From an uncultured virus (IMG/VR IMGVR_UViG_3300025529_000271) (taxonomy: Duplodnaviria; Heunggongvirae; Uroviricota; Caudoviricetes), in the IMG/VR virus record IMGVR_UViG_3300025529_000271: DNA of 64,000 nt; one strand, 5' to 3'. The notes below the pieces were generated by a model. That model was not told the DNA's origin, made no database searches, and was given only the letters and a program-made list of their open reading frames with translations. The position numbers were made by a program, and so were the translations under genes. The stretch's first letter is position 1, and the number at the start of each line of letters is the position of its first letter. Below, in pieces: positions 18,638 to 27,691 of the stretch.

Positions 18638-19120
18638 ATGTTGGAGTCCACTATCGGTGATATTACGCAAATTCGTGGGGTTGAGTACATCTGCAACGCG
18701 GCAAATCCGCAGGGGATCATGGGTGCTGGTGTGGCTGGAGCCATCGCTCGGGCGGCGGGCGAACATTTTCTTGAAGAGGTTCGTCGTGTCGCGCAGACTT
18801 ACCGAGTGAAAGCGGGCGGTATCTATGTTACTTCTGCTGGAAATCTCCCTTATCGTGGGATTATTCATTTGGCTTCTGTTCCTGCTCCCGGACGGCATTC
18901 GACTTACAGTATTGTGGAGTCGTGCTTGAGGAATTTGGTGCAGTTTGCATCTTCTTCGCAAGCTACGGCGATAGCCCTGCCGCTTCTCGGCACGGGGGTA
19001 GGAAGACTTGATCCAGCACAGCTTAAGTCGTTGTATCAGAAGTATTTGCAGGAGCATCGAACGCGCTTTGTGGTGGTCGAGTTTAACCCTGCTGTCTATG
19101 AAGTTTTTGTCAGGGGGTAG
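18638..19120 (+). CDS. macrodomain protein (ADP-ribose binding/hydrolase)
   Basis: GDIT, NAAN..GIMGAGVAGAI, TSAGNL..IIH, IALPLLGTGVG. Confidence 0.9.
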   Translation: MLESTIGDITQIRGVEYICNAANPQGIMGAGVAGAIARAAGEHFLEEVRRVAQTYRVKAGGIYVTSAGNLPYRGIIHLASVPAPGRHSTYSIVESCLRNLVQFASSSQATAIALPLLGTGVGRLDPAQLKSLYQKYLQEHRTRFVVVEFNPAVYEVFVRG

Positions 19121-19125
19121 TATTC

Positions 19126-19440
19126 GTGTATTTGGTCGAAGATCGTTTTGGTAGTCTGTATTTGACGGATGTCAATACCCGCGAAGTGATTACGGAGTTG
19201 GTGGAACCTGCGATTTCCTTTAGCCATCACGACGGGGTAATCGTTGTTCGGAAGATTGGGAATAAGTCCTTTGTTCAGAAGGATTATGACCAGTTGACGA
19301 AGAAACTTCTTGACGCTGGGCTTTCGGATATGATAGAAGAGTATTTTATCATGGATCTTCCTAAAGACCCGGCGATTCTTAATGAGGTGTATAATAACCC
19401 GCAGTACATTAGGGGTTTGCTTGGTACCCTACCAACTTAA
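19126..19440 (+). CDS. hypothetical protein
   Basis: 104 aa ORF in operon context. Confidence 0.65.
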   Translation: MYLVEDRFGSLYLTDVNTREVITELVEPAISFSHHDGVIVVRKIGNKSFVQKDYDQLTKKLLDAGLSDMIEEYFIMDLPKDPAILNEVYNNPQYIRGLLGTLPT

Positions 19441-19455
19441 AAGAGGTGATTCATT

Positions 19456-19893
19456 GTGGATCAGGTTTTGGCATTCGTTGAGGAGAATTATTTGTACTTG
19501 ATGGGTATTTTGCTTGTCGCTTTTATTCTTGTGCGTATTGTCAAGAGTGTGATTAAGTGGCTTCTGTTGACGCTGATTGTATTCGGCGTGGCGGTATGGG
19601 GGTATGTGTATGTACCGGAGGAGATACGGGAAGTACCGAAGGAAGTTGCTGAGACATTAGTGCAAGAACAGGTTGACAAAGTATTGGCATCTATTGTCAC
19701 TGCAACGAATCTTGATGTTTCTCTCCGTGACGATGGGTCGTACATTTTGTCTGCTCGGATTTATTCTGAGGGTGTGGATATTTTGCTTACTGGGAAACCG
19801 GGTTCGGACAAGGCGACGTTGTATATTGGTAAGGTCAGCAAAGAAGTCAAATTGAACAGTCAACTTATCAAGTTTATCCAGTCGAAGCTGTAG
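19456..19893 (+). CDS. membrane protein (2 N-terminal TM helices)
   Basis: GAGGTGA RBS; hydrophobic N-terminus. Confidence 0.7.
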   Translation: MDQVLAFVEENYLYLMGILLVAFILVRIVKSVIKWLLLTLIVFGVAVWGYVYVPEEIREVPKEVAETLVQEQVDKVLASIVTATNLDVSLRDDGSYILSARIYSEGVDILLTGKPGSDKATLYIGKVSKEVKLNSQLIKFIQSKL

Positions 19894-19917
19894 CATTTCC
19901 ACTAGGGGGTTATTTCT

Positions 19918-20793
19918 TTGCGGCAGTACTTGGATCATTGTCGGCAGATCCTTGAGCAGGGTGCGGTTCGTGGGGATCGAACGGGTACTGGTACGATCTC
20001 GCACTTTGGTGGGCAAGTTGAGTATGACTTGTCGGAAGGTTTTCCGCTCATGACCACCAAGGACATGAGGGAAAACTTTCCACGCATTGTTCACGAGTTG
20101 GCGTGGTTTTTGAAGGGGGATACGCATCTTCGTTATCTTCTGCAAAACAACGTCAACATTTGGACACCTGATGCCCATCGTGTGTATCGTCAGCGTGGTG
20201 GAACGCTTTCGCTTAAGGAGTTCAAGCAAAGGCTCCGGGAGGATGAACAGTTCCTTAATGACAATGGGGAACTCGGACCAGTTTATGGGAAGCAGTGGCG
20301 TTCGTGGGGTATTGAAGGAATCGATCAACTCTCGATAGCTTTGGATCAGATCAAGAATGATCCTTCTTCTCGTCGCATTATCGTTTCGGCGTGGAATGTG
20401 TCCGATCTCGATCAAATGGCACTCCCGCCGTGCCATGTTTTGTTCCAGTTCTATGTTCAAGATGGGCTTTTGTCTTGTAAGTTGTATCAACGGTCAGCAG
20501 ACATGTTCTTGGGGGTACCGTTCAACATCGCGTCCTACGCGTTACTCGTCCATTTGATCGCGCATGTGACGGGGTTGAAGCCGGGTCGGTTCATTCACAC
20601 CTTTGGTGATGCTCATATTTATCTGAATCACGTCGAGCAAGTGCAAGAGCAACTGCGCCGCGAGCCTTTCCCGCTCCCGACGCTTCGTATCGATCCGCAA
20701 CTTACTGATCTGTTTGACTTTGATCCTGCGTGGATCACCCTTGAAAATTATAAGCACCACGGGGTGCTTCGTGGTGCTTTGTCGGTGGGTTGA
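19918..20793 (+). CDS. thyA: thymidylate synthase
   Basis: [55 protein letters not shown]. Confidence 0.97.
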   Translation: MRQYLDHCRQILEQGAVRGDRTGTGTISHFGGQVEYDLSEGFPLMTTKDMRENFPRIVHELAWFLKGDTHLRYLLQNNVNIWTPDAHRVYRQRGGTLSLKEFKQRLREDEQFLNDNGELGPVYGKQWRSWGIEGIDQLSIALDQIKNDPSSRRIIVSAWNVSDLDQMALPPCHVLFQFYVQDGLLSCKLYQRSADMFLGVPFNIASYALLVHLIAHVTGLKPGRFIHTFGDAHIYLNHVEQVQEQLRREPFPLPTLRIDPQLTDLFDFDPAWITLENYKHHGVLRGALSVG

Positions 20794-21013
20794 GAGCGCC
20801 CCCATTTGCTAGGGGTGCTTAAGCTACCCCTAGCATATGCGCTTCTTCGCGGAAATTTGCTAGTCCTACAGAAAAAAGTTTCCGTGGGCGTGACTTCATA
20901 ATTACTTCATAATCACTTTGAACTTACATCGCACCTACTTTGAGGGTTTGTCTCTCGAGGTAGGTGCTTGTCTTTTGACTGCAACAAAATTTTAAGCCAT
21001 TTGGGACTTCGTC

Positions 21014-21042
21014 TTGACCGTTTCAGAGTCGAGTTGTAATAT
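21014..21042 (+). promoter_or_regulatory. sigmaA-type promoter
   Basis: TTGACC-17 bp-TAATAT. Confidence 0.6.
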
Positions 21043-21099
21043 TTAGGTTGAACGTAGCTTAATTGTAGCCCATTCTTGCTTTGGGTGGTGATGTGTTAA

Positions 21100-21492
21100 G
21101 TGACGGAAGAACCTCAACGAATGTCGCCTTGGCGAACCACACCGGAGCCTTTGGGCAGAATGAAACGCCATACTCGCTCTTGCATCTTAGCGCTCTTTCA
21201 TCAGCATAATGCACGAGAGGACTATGAAGAGCGGTATCCTTGTTACTGTGAGGAGTGCGAGGGTTGGGGGTACATCCACTACTTACCGGACATTGATTTG
21301 GACTTACTGCTCGATGCTCCAAAGGAAGTTTTCAATCGTCAGTACTGTCGTTGTGTCCTTACTGGAAAATGTCCACGTTGTGGGACTGATGATGCTTTTG
21401 ATTTAGAATCGGGTGACTGCGAGGAGTGCGGATTTGTTTTAGGTAAAACTGAAGGTATGCCCCTGCGTCATCAGTGTAGTTGTTCAGAATAA
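21100..21492 (+). CDS. Cys-rich putative zinc-finger protein
   Basis: CEEC, CRC, CPRC, CEEC, CSC motifs. Confidence 0.7.
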   Translation: MTEEPQRMSPWRTTPEPLGRMKRHTRSCILALFHQHNAREDYEERYPCYCEECEGWGYIHYLPDIDLDLLLDAPKEVFNRQYCRCVLTGKCPRCGTDDAFDLESGDCEECGFVLGKTEGMPLRHQCSCSE

Positions 21493-21631
21493 AGATCGAT
21501 AATCAGGGGTAGTGAAACTTTTTTCGGGAACCCCTATTTTCTTTTCCTACCGAAAGAGGAATTGTACTTATAAAAGTACATTCTTCTTTCGGGAGGTGTG
21601 TTTTTTGAAGAAATCTCAAGGAGGCTTCAAC

Positions 21632-23737
21632 ATGGAAAACGTTGTTCTGTCTAAGGATGTTTTTTCTAAGGATGCACAGGATGTCTCAAAATTTCCGATG
21701 AATCGGGAGGAGCGCCGCATCATTCGTAGGTTGGCAAGTAAAGATCCTGAACTGGCGGATTTGTTGTCGGATGTTTTGGACAAGCCTGCTGTGAAGCGCA
21801 CGGTCGACCTTAAGACGCGGATTAAGCGCTTGTCGGATAAGTCTCGGACTGTTAGGACGTTCTTTACTCTGTTGGAGTCGGAACAGACTGATGCAGGAAT
21901 CTTGCTTAAAAAATCTGACGATGACGAGTCTTTGATTAATCCTTGCTTTACCGGACTTAATTTGACGCTGTTTTTCTCGGCATATATCGCGGCACATTTG
22001 GATGTTGTATGTAATGATGATTCGTTGCGGGAGTACATCGACAACTATCCGGTAGTTAATGTAGAGACTTTGCCGCCCATGATGCCTATGCAGTATGAGA
22101 CGATGGTTTCAACTATTAAACTATATTCCATTCTTCGGGAATGTGAAACCACTGGCAAGCGCGATTTCCTCAATCGTTTGGGGCATACGATGTTCCGCGA
22201 GGCATATAAGGAGGTCAAAAACCAACGCCCTACGGACAAGACGTTTCTTCTGCGGGAGATGCCCTGTTTGACGATTTATCCGTCTGTGGTCAATATGTTC
22301 TTCTGTGCGTACTATGTGGCATCTCAGGGACATAAGTATTTTCGCGTCTTCTGTCAGACTTTGGAGGAAGCCGCATTGTTCATATCTCCTGAGTACAATA
22401 AGGCAGTTCGGGAGGCACGGCTTGATTCACTTAAGTCGGGTAGGAAGTTGGACTTTCCTGAAAATTTCAAGGAAGCTTTGTTTGAGACATTACCGGAGTA
22501 CGATTATCGGATGTCGGAGTTGGAAAGTAACTCTAAGGAAGATGAGGACTCCAAAGAAGCTTCTTCTTTCGGTTGCGCTTTTGGTAATTTTGCGTACAAC
22601 CACTCCGTTTATCGGGGGTATGAGTTCTATCGCCGGGTGCGAAGAATGTTGTTACAACCTGCGATATCGGAATTTGAGAGCAAGTTGAAGTCTCTCCCTA
22701 ACGTGGAGAAGGTCGGCATGTCTTTGGTTAAATCCAATTTGGATGATGACTTTGCCGCCTATGAAAAGCATTATGAGGAGGCAAAGAACGCCGCCGATAA
22801 GGTTCGGAACTCTCGCGGATCGTATATTTATCTGGCGTTCCAAGAATTGATGTCGCTCATGGAAGTTCGCTCTTTGCCAGATTTGTTCACTCTCTCGATT
22901 GGTGATGAAATCATTGAAAGGTTCGAGAAAGCGGTCAATTTGTTTTACTCCCGGTATGGGGGTCGTCGGTTCACCGAGCAGGAGTTGTTGATTTTCTTCT
23001 TTGCGATGATCTATATTGATGTCGTCGCGGAGAACTATCTGCGGGTTGTGGATCGTAATCTTCGGATGGACGTGGGGGTAGACAATTATGCTATCCGCTA
23101 TTATGACTTGAAGGATAAGGCGGAGGTTTTGGAGTCGGAGTTGGAGCAAAAGAATGCGGAAATTGAGGAACTCAAGCGGAAATTGGCTCAAGCCAATCAA
23201 ACTGTCAATAGCTTGACTTCTCAATGCGAAGGTTTGCGGGAGGACAACCGCTCTCTTGCAAAGGAAGTTGCACATCTTCAACGGGAACAGGAGTCTTTTG
23301 AACAGGAGAAGCAACGTCTTCATTCCAAGATTTCGTCGTTGGAGGCGGAGTTGGAGGAGTTCTATAATCAGGATAGCGAGGACACCGAGACTGGGGCTAC
23401 TTACGAGGAGATGGTCGAATTCCTTCGCGGGCTTGATGTAGGTGTTTATGGGGGTACTGTTAAGTGGGCGAATCGAGTTCGTGAGGTCTTTCCTAGCTTC
23501 CGCTGGTTGGAGTACACCAACAATGCACAGACGAACATCGACTACATAACGAGTCGGGATTTTGTCTTTATCAATCCGCGTACCATTGGGCATGCTATCT
23601 CGGAGCGGGTTCAACGCGAAGCGTCTAAGTATTGTCGGGTTCTCCATTGGAGCGGCGGTTTTGAGGAGTTTGTTAAGGAGATGTATATCTTCGCTAAGAA
23701 GAAGTTGCAGGAGGAACAGGAGGCGCTCTCCAAGTAA
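21632..23737 (+). CDS. coiled-coil protein with C-terminal DUF2325-like domain
   Basis: AGGAGG RBS before ATG 21632; long heptad region; VGVYGG..W...DFVFI....GH. Confidence 0.7.
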   Translation: MENVVLSKDVFSKDAQDVSKFPMNREERRIIRRLASKDPELADLLSDVLDKPAVKRTVDLKTRIKRLSDKSRTVRTFFTLLESEQTDAGILLKKSDDDESLINPCFTGLNLTLFFSAYIAAHLDVVCNDDSLREYIDNYPVVNVETLPPMMPMQYETMVSTIKLYSILRECETTGKRDFLNRLGHTMFREAYKEVKNQRPTDKTFLLREMPCLTIYPSVVNMFFCAYYVASQGHKYFRVFCQTLEEAALFISPEYNKAVREARLDSLKSGRKLDFPENFKEALFETLPEYDYRMSELESNSKEDEDSKEASSFGCAFGNFAYNHSVYRGYEFYRRVRRMLLQPAISEFESKLKSLPNVEKVGMSLVKSNLDDDFAAYEKHYEEAKNAADKVRNSRGSYIYLAFQELMSLMEVRSLPDLFTLSIGDEIIERFEKAVNLFYSRYGGRRFTEQELLIFFFAMIYIDVVAENYLRVVDRNLRMDVGVDNYAIRYYDLKDKAEVLESELEQKNAEIEELKRKLAQANQTVNSLTSQCEGLREDNRSLAKEVAHLQREQESFEQEKQRLHSKISSLEAELEEFYNQDSEDTETGATYEEMVEFLRGLDVGVYGGTVKWANRVREVFPSFRWLEYTNNAQTNIDYITSRDFVFINPRTIGHAISERVQREASKYCRVLHWSGGFEEFVKEMYIFAKKKLQEEQEALSK

Positions 23738-23995
23738 CCTTTCTGTGATACACGCCTTTCGCATCCACGTTACGAGGAACTGTCCTTGTAACGTGGTATT
23801 TTTCTTTGAGATACAAGTTGTTGGGTTGAAGCGTATCTTTCCGAATCGGGACGTAAGTCTATTTTATATAGATGCTTCACTTGATGGTTACGGTAGAACC
23901 TACATTGGACGGGGTACTGAGGTGGAAAGGAATGAGTAAGGTTCCAAGTGTACTCTGACCCAAGTATTCTTAAGAGGAAAGGAGTTTGACCAGTT

Positions 23996-24322
23996 ATGGC
24001 TACATCGCCCATTTCGCCCATTTCTCACCGCGAGGTGAAAATCGCTTTCAACAAGCCCATGCATCACCCGAGGCAAGGTACGTATTATCGCGGTTGTTTC
24101 ACTCTTGATTTGGACACTTTTATAAAGTTCGTCGGCAACCCTACCAATCCGCGCTCGATGCTTTATCTCGATCCGCGAACCAAGCGAAACTGTTACTTCT
24201 TGAACTTGATGGGGCGCGACGCACTGGTGGACTTTTTGCGTAAGCACAATATTCCTTTTAACGCAAACCGAGCTTTCGCTCCCGGTGTCAATTACTACAT
24301 CGACGTGCGTTTTCCCGAGTGA
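23996..24322 (+). CDS. hypothetical protein (108 aa)
   Basis: AAAGGAG RBS; C-ending codon bias. Confidence 0.75.
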   Translation: MATSPISPISHREVKIAFNKPMHHPRQGTYYRGCFTLDLDTFIKFVGNPTNPRSMLYLDPRTKRNCYFLNLMGRDALVDFLRKHNIPFNANRAFAPGVNYYIDVRFPE

Positions 24323-24465
24323 TTTCCTTGCGGTTCCTTCACCGCCCTTTTCTCCTATATTCGCCCGTGTTCAAATTAGGACTTATCGCAAATCAACTTG
24401 ATTGGCAGATAAGTTCAAGTGTATAAGGGCTTAAAAATAGAGAGAAATAGGGCGGTGAATCATCT

Positions 24466-25536
24466 ATGCTTCGCATCATAGCCACTTTTCGTCCTCTCGG
24501 TTCCAAGCAGATCGTGGGGTACCGTTTGTTAGTCGAGGACAAAGCTACCTTAGCCAAGCTTCACGCCAGCGGCTATCACTTCAGGGGTAATGTTGGCGAC
24601 TTTTCGCCGCAGGAGACCTTTTTCTTGCTGGTCAACTTTGGTTCGATCAATGCCAGCGTCACCAATAATCAAATCACCTTGCTGGACGGTTCGATGGACT
24701 CGCTCCCGATTCTCAATCCGCAGACTGGACAATGCACGGACAATAACAATATTATCGTCCTTGCGGCGATTACCTATAATGATGAGGTCATCGGTTATCG
24801 GGTTTGCAACTACACGGGAGCTATCGCGCAACTGCGCTATAACGACTTGCTGACTAAAGCCAAGCAAGGTTTCGCGAACGCCAAGATTGTTCATCGCGAC
24901 GGGAAAGCCTTCATCTCCGCGATCAGGGGTACTTTCCCGACGACTCCGCTTCGCACCAAGGATGACCATATGCCCCGCGCTGTGATACCGACGGGTTCCA
25001 ATTATCAAACCCTTGTCGATACCACAAAACAGCGTGGAAACGTTAGCATCCCGGTGAAGTATTATGCTGACCCATCTCGCATGCAGACCGATCCGCCCAC
25101 CAGCACAGGGCATGTGGCACTTACCGATAAGGGTGAAGTGGTCTATCGGTATCGAAACGAGCATGGTGACCCGAAGTTTGCGGTTGTTCCTAAGAACGTT
25201 TTTAATACCAACTTCCAGTTGGGGGTAGCGTCGAGCGTCACTAAGCAGGAACTTGCCAACACCCCTCCCGCTCCGGCACCCACGCGAACCAACACCAAAT
25301 ACCTGCGCGAGGTCACGGAGAAGTATGGGATTGGTACCACCCTTAATGTTTTGTTCTTTCAAGGCACGACCAAACTTGCCGGACAGGTGCGCTTGAATCG
25401 CGGGGTAATCCATTTGCGGTATCGCCCAGATCCGAATGCGGATTTCAAGGTTGTGCAAGTCTCGGAGGCGGACTTCGATAAACACTTCCGTATTCAGGGG
25501 GTAATTCAGCCTAAGCCGCAACCGAAGTCATCTTGA
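24466..25536 (+). CDS. hypothetical protein with two N-terminal DUF3892-like repeats
   Basis: duplicated IIA...IVGYRL and VLAAI...VIGYRV...NAKIV...FISAI pattern. Confidence 0.6.
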   Translation: MLRIIATFRPLGSKQIVGYRLLVEDKATLAKLHASGYHFRGNVGDFSPQETFFLLVNFGSINASVTNNQITLLDGSMDSLPILNPQTGQCTDNNNIIVLAAITYNDEVIGYRVCNYTGAIAQLRYNDLLTKAKQGFANAKIVHRDGKAFISAIRGTFPTTPLRTKDDHMPRAVIPTGSNYQTLVDTTKQRGNVSIPVKYYADPSRMQTDPPTSTGHVALTDKGEVVYRYRNEHGDPKFAVVPKNVFNTNFQLGVASSVTKQELANTPPAPAPTRTNTKYLREVTEKYGIGTTLNVLFFQGTTKLAGQVRLNRGVIHLRYRPDPNADFKVVQVSEADFDKHFRIQGVIQPKPQPKSS

Positions 25537-25763
25537 CTTTCCTTCCCACTTTCGTTTTCCACCCCTCCCCATAGTGTGGGGGGTATTTAAGCGAGTAGAC
25601 GGAAAAACTAAGGACTAAGCGAGTAAAAATCTCGACTTTCCGTTGAACAGGCTTTCTTTATACCGACTATTTTGTTATAATAGGCTCATCAGCTTCCGAG
25701 CTAACGCTAAGTTATACCGAGTCTCTCGGTTATAATAACGCTGTGTTGAAGGAGGGTTTTTCA

Positions 25764-27464
25764 TTGGACATGCATACCGTCTACTCGCTTCAGAATCGGA
25801 ACTTCTCGGATGCGGTTCTGGCGCTGGACACGCCGCTTGTTCGGCAACTTTCGCTTCTCGCACTCCAATCGGGGAAAGAGGGCAAAATTGTCAGCTTCAT
25901 TATGCGTGACCGCGTCTCGAATCGTGGGGAGGTTAAGGAGCGGGGTATTCCGGCATCGGAGAAATCGGTCGTCGATATCTGCAAGCTCACGCCTTTGGTC
26001 GGGGGTAATGGCGCAAGCACGCTGTTGGAGGAGATCGCGCTTTATCGCGCCAATACCATCGACTTCAAGCCTTCGAAGGGCGACCTGCGTTCTTATGCGG
26101 AACTGTTGATGGCGGACTATCTGATGTCCACTGCTCTCTGCTATGTTGAAATCGCCAAGCAGGGGCAAATCCGCGATAAGTTCTTGCTCACGCGCAACCC
26201 GCAAATCGCCGCTATTCTGGCGGACAAGTTGGAAAGCCCGCAGGACGTTGCCAAGTATCAACGCGCTCTTGTTACTTACACGTCGCACTACGAGAACAAG
26301 AAGCTCCCGTATCTTAAAATCAACCTCAAGAAAACGGGCTTTTCGGTCACGGTTCCGAAAAATCCGCTGGACTTTTTGTTCCCGATGAAGATCACACCGC
26401 TCTTTTTTATCACCACTTTTGTGCAAGAGCTGACGAAGGTTCTGCAGGAGAAGATGGTGCGGGTCACCTTCATCAAGGATGACCTGTATGAGCGTGAGGT
26501 GGTCACCACCCTTAACCGGGAAATCCTCGGCAAGTATTATGACGAGGATTTCATTCAGGTTATGTTCTCGAATGTGGGCACCAACCTCGGTCGGGGGTAT
26601 ATTAAAGTGCCGGAACTCGGCAGTTCCAAGTATGACGCCACGGGCACCCGTTCCATTAATTTGGCGCGGATCACCAGTGTCAGCTTGGTCGAGACCTTCG
26701 ACACGCGTTTCATCAATGTTGACCTGTCGAAAGTCCAGCCCGCTTTCGAGCATATGATCAGCACTTGCACTCGCCCGGAAATTCTGGCGAAGGTTTATCG
26801 GGATTTGACAGGGAATCCGCCGCAAAACACCAATATCTTCGTGTTGAAACAGCACTTGACGGACGAAATTCAGCGTATTGTGGCGGCAACCAGCACGACG
26901 GGTCTGCGTGACTTGCATCTGTATATGATCGCCAATCCGAATATTTTCGTCAGCTATAACAGCGGGGTACCGATCAACTTCCTCAGTATGATTGACCCGG
27001 CTCTCGGTGCGGCGCATCAACCGACTGGTGCGTTTGGAGTGGATGCTCCGATTCGGACTGGGGGTAATCCAATCAAGCCGCCTTCGGACGCTCCGGTACC
27101 TCCGATGCCCGCGACCGCCGCACCGAATGCGGCTCCGATGTGGGGAGGGGTACCGCGCTCATTGGGTGGTGCGGCTCCAACGGGGCAGAAGCCTGTGAAC
27201 CCGTATCAAGCACCGAAGCCCGCGCAAGCGGCTCCTGCGGCTTCGGGAGCGGCTCCGTTTGTGGTTCCTGCGGCGATGGCGGCAAATGCCCCTGTCACTC
27301 CGCAAAACGCGCAAGGCGCTCCAAGCGCCCCGTCCGCTCCGTCTGTTTCGGCAACGCCACCATTCTCGCTTGGCGCGGCTCCGAAGTCGCTCGGCGGTGC
27401 AACGCCGACGACAACGCAGGATGCGGCGAAAGCGGTATCCAAGCTCCCGCCGCAGTTTCGTTGA
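25764..27464 (+). CDS. uncharacterised core protein A1, putative SH3/Sm-like (WYL_2-like) barrel plus P/A-rich tail; paralog of 27692-29386
   Basis: GAAGGAGG RBS; VRVTFIKDDLYEREVVTTLN...GTRSINLARITSV. Confidence 0.7.
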   Translation: MDMHTVYSLQNRNFSDAVLALDTPLVRQLSLLALQSGKEGKIVSFIMRDRVSNRGEVKERGIPASEKSVVDICKLTPLVGGNGASTLLEEIALYRANTIDFKPSKGDLRSYAELLMADYLMSTALCYVEIAKQGQIRDKFLLTRNPQIAAILADKLESPQDVAKYQRALVTYTSHYENKKLPYLKINLKKTGFSVTVPKNPLDFLFPMKITPLFFITTFVQELTKVLQEKMVRVTFIKDDLYEREVVTTLNREILGKYYDEDFIQVMFSNVGTNLGRGYIKVPELGSSKYDATGTRSINLARITSVSLVETFDTRFINVDLSKVQPAFEHMISTCTRPEILAKVYRDLTGNPPQNTNIFVLKQHLTDEIQRIVAATSTTGLRDLHLYMIANPNIFVSYNSGVPINFLSMIDPALGAAHQPTGAFGVDAPIRTGGNPIKPPSDAPVPPMPATAAPNAAPMWGGVPRSLGGAAPTGQKPVNPYQAPKPAQAAPAASGAAPFVVPAAMAANAPVTPQNAQGAPSAPSAPSVSATPPFSLGAAPKSLGGATPTTTQDAAKAVSKLPPQFR

Positions 27465-27691
27465 TCGGAAGGGGAGGAAGACCCTCCCCTTCTTACCTAG
27501 CGGGGTACTGTCCATTTGGTACGGAAATATTCGAATCCTGTTTATGTTACATTTTTCCCGATGGGACTTATCGTTTTGTTCACCCTTTATTTTTCGTCGC
27601 ATAAGTTCTTGTACCCTAAGTATAGGGACTAGGACAAGCGGGTATACTCAAAGCAAGGAGTTAAAATTTTCAGTAACGGAGGTTGTGTTTC

